Positions 53,121 through 64,000 of a stretch of DNA of 64,000 nt are shown here, piece by piece; within the stretch, counting starts at the first letter, position 1; each line of letters begins with the position of its first letter. Source of the DNA: the human T2T-CHM13v2.0 reference genome, Homo sapiens; the NCBI RefSeq assembly GCF_009914755.1, contig NC_060942.1. One strand, written 5' to 3'. Both the position numbers and the translations under genes were made by a program. The notes beneath the pieces were generated by a model. The model saw nothing but the letters and a program-made list of their open reading frames with translations, searched no databases and had not been told where the DNA came from.

Positions 53121-55302
53121 GAGCCTATGCACAAAGAGACTTGAGAAGGCTTAGTTCATCGTGATAATTAAATTGGACTTGAACCTTCTAATCGGCCATA
53201 GATGAGATTATCTGTTTTTTAATGGCGTTATTATCTGCCTAAATTATTTGTTGAATCTATAATTTGTTTCCTTGAGCAGATGAACCTGAAATATCTAATA
53301 AAATTTTCACAAATTGATTGCTTGGGAGAAAAGAAGGGGGATTTTTTTTTCCTGGAACATAATTAATTCTTAACTTTTAAACTCTTTTGAAATGGCTCTT
53401 TTTTGATGAGCCTTTCCCTTGCCTAACAGAGCTGTCAGTCAGAGCGATGTCTTTGTCTTCTCTCTGCCTTGAGCAGTTACCTCCCTGCCAGCCAGCCATG
53501 AAATCTACGGGCTCCTGTATTGGGATGTCAGAAAGGCATGCAAATCAGAGCCTGGTTCCCCCTCCTTAGCTGCCCTTTTCTGACTTCAGCTGCTGTTAAC
53601 ATGAGAGAGATGCCAAACGTACGATGAGTGCTGCAAGCACCCGCTGCACCTCACTTGGCGTTGCCGGGTATCATTAAGTGGGAGCAGCACTGGGAAGATG
53701 TGGGTATTTGCAGGTCTTTGGTATTGCCTCTCCTTTTGAGAGTTCTTCCTCACTTCTGAGGCACTGACTGCCTTGAATTTCTGACCTGTCTTACCTATTT
53801 TTTGACTCCATACACACACAGACACTTCATTCAGGCTCACCCTAAAGTCAGGGCATCTGCCATGCTTGTACCTTATGAAAACAAGCTTGTCCTGTTTGCC
53901 CTCTGCCGGAGCACATTCTAGGGAAAATGCCTCAGGTGAAGGCATAATTGTGTTTTTCGAGATTTCAGAGGCCACGTGCAGCCAACTGGGGAGGACGTAT
54001 TTCGGCTCAGCAGACCTTTCAAGCGCCCCTCAAATTGCAACTGCCTGACTTAATCTAAAGTCAGCCACACTGCTTCCTGAGAAGCCCACAGCCACACCGG
54101 CCGCTTCCCTCTCAGCCCCTCAAGATCTTGGGGGTCATCAAGGTTCAGTCCACGCTCGTGCATTTTTCCAGTTTATGTTACTAAATGTTATACAAAATAC
54201 ATGGGTCAGTACTTTATGAATCTTTTCCTTGTGCTGGTATTTATGATAGGGAAATCTTACCTACTTTTGGAAATCTCGTTTTCATAATTTATGTTAAGAA
54301 AATGGTTTAGATAGGATTTTGTGTTCCCCCTTAAAGAAAAAAAAATGATGAGACCTACAAGTAAACATAAGATGTTCTCTTTAATTTTATTCAACCTCAA
54401 AGTGGGTTGGTTTCAAGTCCCAAACTTGTCATTTGGAAGCTGACAAACCATGTGAGAGCAGTTTTAAAGAGAATATTCTAGAAAGTCATGGCTTTTATTG
54501 ACGCTGACCAAATCATTTTAGAAATTCTCATTTCTGGTTCCTTCTCTGTACAACTGGGTTAATTATATTTCTTTGCAGAGCACATTGAAAATGTGTGTTA
54601 AAAACTTGGGTACATTAAGTATTGTTCATTATTCTGCTTCCCAGTTCCTTTTCTTTAATGAGAAAAAGGGGTGGGGGTGTTTAACAGTTCAACACTCTTA
54701 TCTCCTGCTAGGAATAATTGCTTGATTTTTTTTAATTGTTTGTAGCACTTCCTGAATTTGATTAATTTCTTTATATTCCATTTCTGTCTTTTCAAGACAG
54801 CAATTTCTTTGACTAAAAATATAACAAGGCATGATACTCATTCGCATATAAAAAGTCTACCAAACCTCTATTTATGTTGAAACTTGTTTGTTTTTTGGAA
54901 AATGTTCTTCAAGGTCTAGCATTTGAGACCCAAACCATCCAATCCGCTCCATCACAAAGCACTTACAAGTTCTGTGCGATCCGCACAGCTGCATCTCTAA
55001 TGCCAGAGTAGAGGTTAAAGTCAGTTCAGGTGGTGCCTGCACAGATCTTAGAAGTTCAGAGAATCTGAACAAAAGACAATGGCAACATTTCCATTACAGT
55101 GAGGGTTGAAGCACCTCTCGGGCTGAGATTGTAATGAACTCACCAGATGTACCAAGCCATTTAAAACAGCGAACTTCCCTGCACTGCTTGAGCGGTGCTT
55201 GCTCTTACGAGACAGCAGGTCTGTCTGTCAGCTGCAGTCAGCACTCTGTGGTTTTTCTTTAGGTTGCTTTAAAAAGCCAGCCCTGTAGGGCACCTAGCAG
55301 CA

Positions 55303-55307
55303 TCATG

Positions 55308-55341
<34 letters not shown>

Positions 55342-55372
55342 ATGTGTGTGTGCTGTTCTTATCCAAGTCATG

Positions 55373-55406
<34 letters not shown>

Positions 55407-55420
55407 TGTTCTGATCCAAG
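55303..55420. repeat. Tandem duplication of a (TG)n-containing unit
   Basis: tcatgc(TG)n..tgttcttatccaag (55303-55367) and tcatgc(TG)n atgttctgatccaag (55368-55420). Confidence 0.92.
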
Positions 55421-56258
55421 ATGTAGTCCCCCTTTGTCCAAAGAAGACTTTCAAGAAAGTTAAACTCAGTATATGACAGGACTTCAACAACAACAAATGA
55501 AAACGGAACAGTGATGAGTAAAATGAGTAGGAGGAAGTATTTATTACTTGATCTACATAGAATGAGCATAAATTTAGTTCTGAGTTTCCTGGCAGTAAAG
55601 CAAGACAGTGTTAGGTTATGTAATTATTGTTACATGATAAATGAAAGCAACAAATTTATCTGGAAAGACAAACATTTTCCCAGCAGACAATTCAGGCTGA
55701 ACTTATTTCCCAAAATCTTCTTTGAGAGACACTTAAATAACAATGATCAGTGTCTTCAGCTGAAATAGAAGTACCCTTCACGTGGATGTTTTAAATACTC
55801 GCCAGAGGAAGACAAAAAATGGAATATTTAGAGAACACTGTTCTGAAGGAGCAAATATGGTCCCAGTGAGTCTGTTTTACTACTTTTACAAAAAGCTAAC
55901 TTGCTAGCCTCAAAGAAAGGGTTGTGAATGTGTCCACTGGGTTGTAACATGCTTTGGACCTGGTGGTTTATAGCCTGCTTACTGTTATGTTCTCTAACTT
56001 ACTGAAGCAACCTTCTGGTTGCTGATTAAGGAAGGATGCTAATCTGAAGGAGGAAGGCTTGGCATTCTGTTTTGAAACTGAGGGGCCCAATCTCCAGAAG
56101 GAGGCTCAGTCCACCTCTACACAGAGTTGGGCTTTGGGGGCTTTCAAGAAGGGCCAGTTTTTCTTAGAAGAACTTTTAATCTACTCACAGTTTTAGATGG
56201 ATATTAGGATCCCAGAGCATGGAAGAAACTTTGAATTTTGAATCAAATATTTGTAATA

Positions 56259-56610
56259 GAAAGGTTGCATTAAATGCCAGGAGGGACCAGGTGGGAAATA
56301 AGTGAGCTGGGCAGCCTGGTACACAGGTCTTCTTTTGTGTCAGTGCTGGACTGGTGAAGTGAAGAGCACATGCTCAGGCTGAAGTGCTCACCACCACTCA
56401 GCCCTGGCTGATGCTGCCACATGTGAACAGAGGCCCAGTATTGCCCGATCCTCCAGTTTTTCAGGAGAGGCTGGAAATCTTGTTTTTACAGAAGATCTGA
56501 TCAATTAGAAAGATGGGCTGAAAAAATTTGTTTTTTGCACTTTTGCAGGCCAAACCAAACACATCTATTATCTAATTTCAGGTTAAGGGTTTTGAGTTTG
56601 CAGCCTCTAA
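56259..56610. mobile_element. MER102-like hAT-Charlie relic
   Basis: attgcccgatcctccagtttttcaggagaggctggaaatc..gcaggccaaaccaaacacatct..agtttgcagcctct. Confidence 0.6.
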
Positions 56611-57114
56611 GTCAAGGACTTACTGTCCTACTGTCTTTACTATAAAGTGTCCTCAGATTGGCCCAATAGAATTTCAGACTTTTAGCAGAACTGAATCTTG
56701 ATGTTAAAAAACAGTTAAAAATGCTTTCCCAATGAGCTGATTAAACTGACCTAGTAAGTGGGAATGGACCACTTTTTCCGATTTAATTGGTGAAAGGCTT
56801 TTTTCCTGCCTGAGTGATTCTCATTCCAGAATAGTTCATGTTAAGCTGGTTTCTTGCGCTAATTATGCAGCAAGTGCACTCCATTTCTTAAATTAGTACA
56901 TTTATGGGCCAGCATCATGAGTAATCACATCTATTTCATCAAATGCCACAGTCTGAAGTCTGTGTTTGTAGGCAACCTGGTATGCTACGTGATGGTGATT
57001 CTGAGATATGTGATTAAGGCAGAGTTTTGGAGAAGGGTTCATTGAATAGTGTACTCAAGTGATTGAGTTATATGACTGTTTATATGTGTCTGGTCAACTC
57101 TAAGCAAGCAGGAG

Positions 57115-57375
57115 TAACAAAAATATTAAAAGTATTGAATTGTTATATGCCATGCATTGTGCAGAACGCTACGTATTACCTCATTTAACCTTTACAAAGC
57201 TCTTTGAGTTAGATATTATCATTATCATCATCATCATCGTTCCTACTTTACAAACATGGGTACTCTGCGATGTTAAGTTTCTTAAATAACGTGGCCTTAG
57301 GTTCCACAGTTAATACGTAGTAGAGCTCACATGCAAACCCAGGAAGTCCGGCTCACATCAATGCTCTCTCCCTGC
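57115..57375 (-). mobile_element. MIR
   Basis: tatgccatgcattgtgc..cctcatttaacctttacaa..ctttacaaa..aggttccacagttaat..caaacccagg. Confidence 0.7.
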
Positions 57376-58628
57376 CCAGAGCCCAGTTCTATACCAACAT
57401 AACTTTTTTTTTGAGTGTTAGAAAACAAGTGTTATTTGGGACACCACAGTCCCTTGAAAGTCTAATGACAAGAAAGGACAGAATGCAAAGGCAGCAAGGA
57501 ATGTGCTTGTGTCCCTACCCCTGTTTTCCCTCTTCTTCTTCATCTTAGGCATTCAGATATGTAATATGAAAAAAATCTCCTGAAATGTACACTACCTGTG
57601 GGCCGAAACACATAACAAGCCTGATGCTCCCACTGAGACTCAGGGCTCACAATTCTTTATCAAAAATGACAGCTGGAAGTAAACCTGTCCTGAATTTTCT
57701 TAGTTTAAGGGCACACATTTCCTATTCCTTTCTAGACAAAGGGAGGAGACCAACCTACAGCTTGTAAGCCAGATTGAATATTGGTTATTGTGGCAGAGGT
57801 ATGGTTTTAAATAGTTCAGTACAGGGAGATTAATACAATATTATGCTAATTTGCTTAGTATCCAATGTCTTCTGTAATTATTAATATCATCAGACTTGAG
57901 TATTGTTTTTATTAGGAGGGACCTTCTATCAAAGACCTAGTCTAAAATACAACTTCCTTTTTATTATTCATGGTTAAATCAATGATAGCTATTTGGCAGA
58001 GGTTCAAAACTATCCCTGTTAACTTGTTTTTAATGGTATTTGATTTATGTGTGTGCCCAAACCTCCCACATGTGTGTGGATGTATATTTACTAATTGCAG
58101 CTATATACATTTAAATACAGTGTTATTGGTAGAAAATGAAGCATAAAGCATGAGCAGTGTATAATTATTAAGGAGATGAAATTATAGTCTTTAACTCCTT
58201 CCAGAACAGGGATTTTTATAACGCAGCTTTGATTGTTTTTTATTTCAGATGAGCAAAGTTCCTGGATACTTCTGGTGATCAGTTTCTTACCTTTCTAACT
58301 AATTGTAAAATTTTTCCCTGTGGTGGACATAAATGAATTAGCACATTGGTTTGCCTATTAATATATGCTTTTTCTTTGGGCTCATGCTGCCCTCCCCAAC
58401 TAGGAGGCAGGTGGACACCTCAGAACAAGATTGAAGCCCTTGGAGAGTTCCCTCAATGAGAGAACGTCTGTTGCTTTGCTTATTTTTCTAAGCTGATTTT
58501 ATAAACAAAGAAGATAACAGCATCTAATACCCATGACGTAACTTGTTCAACATTGAATGCATTTGTGTGTGTACTTGTAATTGTCCTGTGAAATGCTTAT
58601 CATTCATGATATCTGAATTTTATTTTAG

Positions 58629-58757
<129 letters not shown>

Positions 58758-58844
58758 TAAAGCATATACTGCGTGATATGCCTTTGGTAGTAAGCCTTCC
58801 TGTTGAGCCTACCTGCCGGCCCTCCTTCCTGTCCTCCCTCCCTC

Positions 58845-59195
58845 CTTGCAGCAAACATCCAGTCTGTATTGATTGCTGATGATGTGCCAGGCACTAGCAT
58901 GCAGGGTGCTGAGAATACAATTAGCAATCTGGAAAGAGGGGCATCTGCTCTCATGGAGCTTGCAGTCTGAAGTAGACATACATAAATAAGCAAGCAATTA
59001 TGGTCCCAGGGGAGCCTGAGAATAAGGTGGTGGGAAGGCTTTTCAGGGGAAGTGACACCTAAACTGAGGCTTGAGTGATGTGGAGGAAGGGCTCAGTGTT
59101 CAGGGTGGGTCAGGAGGTGTGGGTGGTTAAGAAGGGGGCACAGGTGCATGAGTAGCCGTGAGCAAGGGCCGGCATGTTTGAGGGCCTGGCCTGAG
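58845..59195 (-). mobile_element. L2 3' end fragment
   Basis: tattgattgc..atgtgccaggcact..ctgctctcatggagcttgcagtct..gggaaggcttttcagggg. Confidence 0.7.
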
Positions 59196-61719
59196 AGGAA
59201 TCGGGCAGGAGAAGCCTCGCTGGCTTCAGCTATTCATTTACACGAGGCCTTCACACTTGGTCCCTGGGTCTGTGACTCTAACAGGGCGTAGGGCATAGGA
59301 TAATAAGGTGTTTTCCTAGTGTTCACCTCATGTCCCTTTTATAATTATCTCATTTTTCTTTGCATTCTGAATTTCCCACATAATACTCATAATGCTCAAA
59401 CTGTTCAGAACATTTCTTAAGATCTCACGTAGTCTTTGGTAAGCAGTTCATGAGAATGCCTATGTTTAATTCTGAATAAAATGAACATTAATTTTGAGCA
59501 ACTAATTTTGGCAATAGAATATGTTTGATCCTCACTGCTTAATTTCTATCCCATCTTCTTTTTAATTACCTTACTCTTTTAGTCCTGAAAATTACCAAGA
59601 AATTAAACACCCCCAAAAAAGTTAATTTAAAATTTTGTTGTTACCTTTATTTTCTTAGAATGCCAGTATGTTTTATGAGATTCAGTTTATTGCTTTGAAA
59701 TCTAAAACAAAACAAAATAAAAGTTTAAACAAGGCTTCAGCACAACTGGGTGATAGTTGGAAAAAATCAATAGGTAATAAAATGTAAAATGGATACAATA
59801 AGTTACTTAAGTAACAACGTGCTATTAAAGCATGACAACTTCAAAATCTGTCAGACTTCTTCTACTTTTATCTAATTTAGTTTTCCAGTTTATTTTCTCA
59901 TTAGCCTTTCTTCCAGAATATATCTCCAGCATCTTAATTCGCTCATATTAAACTCCCTTTATCAGAGATCCCACCCAGCCCTCATTTTCCCAGTGAGTAT
60001 CCACAGCACTGGTGTTTTCCACTCCTGAAATTCCACAGTGATTCCATTAGGTGTCCAGAAACTGGGCTTTTGCAGCAGTGGTTCTTTAAGGATTTTACCT
60101 ACTGATTTTTTTGGGGTCCCCCCAGCCGCCACTCGTGTCTAACTCAATGGCCTCTATTATGTCAGCTGTACCTTCATACAAATTTTCTTTTATTTCCTGT
60201 TCTCTTGGGATCTTGGAGGAATATTTATATAAAGCTCCACTCATTCCACATTTATTGGATGTCTGAGTGGTAGGTACTGGCCTGTGCATTAGAGACACAG
60301 AGATCAGTAAGTCATGGGTCCGTGCTTGCCAGAAACCTGTGTTCTGTCCAGGGTTTCTTCTTTGGAATAAACAAACAAAACATCTCTTTTTTCCAACTTT
60401 CTTTCTGCTAAGAAAACATAATTTCTTATATAAGAAATACCTCACATATTAGCCAGATTTGAAACTTTTCCCAGTATTTTCAGGAGTATTTTAAATGAAA
60501 TTTTCTAAATGTTAAATTATCTTTTTCCCCTAAGATCTTCAAGGTTTTATTTGGATATGCTCATCCCTTCCTTGAATATTTTTCTATTTATATCAAAATT
60601 ACTGCCCAGGTCACTGATGGGATTATGGGTAACATCCTTTTCACTTAGAGACCAAGCTCGTTTATTAGATGGCTTCCTTTTCAGGTAACATCTTTTTGTC
60701 TTCCAGTTCCTCTCTGAAGCCTCCTGCTGTTGACTCTGGGCTTTGCCAAGCGCACTCACATCTGTGTGCCTGGACACGTGGCTTTGCACACAGTGGGGCT
60801 GCAGCACATGTCCTTAATCCACAAGCTCACCTACTCCAAGGGCTGCTTCCTGTTATTTGCACATGCCAAAGCCAAAGCAGCCCAGGCAACACCCAGGTCA
60901 TTCTTGCCTCTAAAACCAATGTCGGAATTTAACATACAGCCCATTTCTTCATGTTTATGTTGTACCAAACTCAGTCTTGAAATTTTAATGGAAGATACAA
61001 AAACAAGTCCTTTCAGCTTTCTCAGGAAAATGCAATGAAATCTCTTCCAGAATTGTAGTTGTCTTATTTGAATTAAGAGTCCAAAAAACAGTATTAGATC
61101 TACTGCTGCTCTCCCCAAATGGGCTTTGCTGATTTATTTAGATACATGTTGTTTCGTTGTAATGATGTATCAGAATACTTTTATATTATTCCAGTAAGTG
61201 TACTGTAATATATTTTGAAAAGTTAATGAAGTCTTATTAATACAGAGCCTTACTAAAGCTATCAGCTATTAAAATCTTTGCTGAGAAATGAGTGTTAATG
61301 AGAAATATTGGTTGGATAATTACTCAAGTGAGACTTAGTAAGGTCTGTGTGCAGCATTACTTACATTGGGAATAGCATTAAAACATTTCCTGTTGTGATG
61401 AATTATAGCTGTGTTTCTGTGTGTTCAGAAAATAATCTTCAAAGAACCAGTTTTGTGAAGCATTTATTTTTGAAGGGAAGAAAAAAGCCAAAGTTACACT
61501 TGAGTGAATTTACATTCTCATCTATCAAATGATGTAATTTGGCAGTCTTTCAAGCCCTTTGATTTTCTAACCCCGTTTTCTACAATTTGAATATTTCACT
61601 TCTCTGTATCCATTGGCATTTGAGCAAGAGGAGGAGTTTAGTAATGAAATACAGTCACAATTCTCTCACCCAAATCTTACCACCACTGTCCAGCAAATAT
61701 CCTTTTTCAGAAATGCTGA

Positions 61720-62100
61720 TAATAAATTAGGTAGATACTGGTTTCGTTTATTTTTATTTACTCCATTGTATAGTAGAATACTATTCAGCCATTTAAAAGG
61801 AATAATGTAAATTTGTAGTCATTAACAAGAGAAGACTGCCATCAGCATTTTGTTGAACAAAAAGGCAAATTATGAAACTACATTTTAATATAAGCTTGTT
61901 TATGTAAAATTTATTAACTCTGCTTCTCTTCATCTTTATGTATATGTGGAGGTCTGGAAGGTTGTTTACCAAAATTTTAACAGTGACTGTCTTTGGGAAA
62001 AGATATTTCAGGGGTTTTTTGCTTTCCTTTTTGTACTTTTCTTTATTATTTGAATTTTCCACAATGAGTATTTACTATCTTTGCAATCAGGAAAAAGTGA
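61720..62100 (+). mobile_element. Old L1ME 3' fragment
   Basis: gaatactattcagccatttaaaa..tctggaagg..accaaaattttaacagtg..tttgaattttccacaatgagtatttacta. Confidence 0.6.
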
Positions 62101-62378
62101 ATGTTACCAAATCTCATAATTCCACATAGTTTGCATTCATTCAAGGCTCAAGATGTCCTTACTCGAGCATCGTTTGTATCCAGTCGCTGTTCAAGAAAAC
62201 ATTAATATTGAAAAAATTGTTAGTTGTTTCAGAGAGAGTCATTTGTCTGAGTTTATTGGAAAAATTAATACCGTTACTATAATACTTCACATTCATGCCG
62301 AATTTGAAGAGGTCATAGGGAAAGGATGATCTTGAGCAATGCATTTTAGTGAACATGGGGGTCTTTATCGTTCCACAT

Positions 62379-63527
62379 GTTATGTCCCTTACAGGATTTC
62401 ACATATCCCTATTCTCAGGCAGGAATAGGGATATGTGAACTATGATAGTTATGTCCCTTACAGGATTTCACATATCCCTATTCTCAGACAGGAATAGGGA
62501 TATGTGAGCTATGATAGTTATGTCCCTTACAGGATTTCACATATCCCTATTCTCAGGCAGGAATAGGGATATGTGAGCTATGATAGTTATGTCCCTTATA
62601 GAATTTCACATATCCCTATTCTCAGGCAGGAATAGGGATATGTGAACTATGATAGTTATGTCCCTTATAGAATTTCACAAATCCCTATTCTCAGACAGGA
62701 ATAGGGATATGTGAGCTATGATAGTTATGTCCCTTACAGGATTTCACATATCCCTATTCTCAGACAGGAATAGGGATATGTGAGCTATGATAGTTATGTC
62801 CCTTATAGAATTTCACATATCCCTATTCTCAGGCAGGAATAGGGATATGTGAACTATGATAGTTATGTCCCTTACAGGATTTCACATATCCCTATTCTCA
62901 GACAGGAATAGGGATATGTGAGCTATGATAGTTATGTCCCTTATAGAATTTCACAAATCCCTATTCTCAGACAGGAATAGGGATATGTGACTATGATAGT
63001 TATGTCCCTTATAGAATTTCACATATCCCTATTCTCAGACAGGAATAGGGATATGTGAGCTATGATAGTTATGTCCCTTATAGAATTTCACATATCCCTA
63101 TTCTCAGACAGGAATAGGGATATGTGAACTATGATAGTTATGTCCCTTACAGGATTTCACATATCCCTATTCTCAGACAGGAATAGGGATATGTGAGCTA
63201 TGATAGTTATGTCCCTTATAGAATTTCACATATCCCTATTCTCAGGCAGGAATAGGGATATGTGAACTATGATAGTTATGTCCCTTACAGGATTTCACAT
63301 ATCCCTATTCTCAGACAGGAATAGGGATATGTGACTATGATAGTTATGTCCCTTATAGAATTTCACATATCCCTATTCTCAGGCAGGAATAGGGATATGT
63401 GAACTATGATAGTTATGTCCCTTATAGAATTTCACATATCCCTATTCTCAGACAGGAATAGGGATATGTGAGCTATGATAGTTATGTCCCTTATAGAATT
63501 TCACATATCCCTATTCTCAGGCAGGAA
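62379..63527. repeat. 69-bp hairpin-forming VNTR (WDR7 intronic VNTR), 16 full units + 47-bp partial
   Basis: Unit GTTATGTCCCTTA[C/T]AG[G/A]ATTTCACA[T/A]ATCCCTATTCTCAG[G/A]CAGGAATAGGGATATGTGA[A/G/-]CTATGATA. Unit starts: 62379, 62448, 62517, 62586, 62655, 62724, 62793, 62862, 62931, 62999, 63068, 63137, 63206, 63275, 63343, 63412, 63481. Confidence 0.98.
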
Positions 63528-64000
63528 GGCTATTTGACCTGACCAAAGGCATTTATCAAAGTAGGGATGGCTCAGGTTATAAGAGGAACCCAGTTGTAAT
63601 GGCCTTTTCTAAAATCTTTACATCTAGAGTATTCCCATGAGATATTCTCTCCCTTTTCATGTTTAGCTCTCAACCCATTTTTTGTTCCTGGCTAAATTTG
63701 AAGAGAGGAATTAAAAATAAGGAAGTGTCTGAGCATTATATGCCCCTTGCATTTTGAATTACCAGCAGAAGTCAAGCTTCATACATATATTCATAGAAAA
63801 TCCATAAAGAATGAAAAATACCTTGTAGTTATTTATCAACTGAGAAATTAGATTTTTTCTAAAACACACTACGCCTGTTGATGCCAGTTAATGTTAACCA
63901 GCAATCTTCTGTGTCATTTGGATCTATCAAATTAAGCTCATCATCATTATTTATATTTTAACTATTTGGGAACATCCAAGAAAGCAATAAGGCATTGATT

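Noticed and set aside
53586-53975. 129-aa minus-strand ORF
   Set aside because: Non-ATG start, no recognisable domain, and no supporting splice or promoter signals. The region is better explained as non-coding.
60670-60690. cttccttttcag|gtaaca AG|GT motif
   Set aside because: Short pyrimidine tract, only 2 kb from the upstream exon, and within chance expectation.
62379-63527. CRISPR-like array (regularly spaced palindromic repeats)
   Set aside because: There are no unique spacers, because the whole 69-bp unit repeats. The context is a primate intron with no cas genes.

Overview
This is eukaryotic (human or closely related primate) genomic DNA from the 3' part of WDR7 (rabconnectin-3 beta, a WD40 protein), transcribed on the + strand. 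Only two coding exons are present: 384-483 (R)[33 protein letters not shown] and 58629-58733 [35 protein letters not shown]. They join in frame across a 58,145-bp GT-AG intron. The rest is intron: Alu, MIR, L1, L2, CR1, LTR and DNA-transposon relics and microsatellites. None of the supplied ORFs is a credible gene. The most striking structure is a 69-bp minisatellite at 62379-63527 (16 full units plus a 47-bp partial). Each full unit carries a 16-17-bp stem-loop and varies at only five positions. I recognise it as the previously reported human-expanded, ALS-associated WDR7 VNTR, so the repeat itself is not new, but its unit code and likely fold-back origin can be read from the sequence. Other leads: an ancient Eulor6/Crypton-like hairpin (26113-26270) next to a candidate TDP-43-repressed poison exon (26332-26485, followed by (GT)20), a candidate recursive splice site (34203), and two Alus sharing a triplicated target site. 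Repeat family names come from recalled consensus sequences, not a search, and boundaries of old repeats are approximate.
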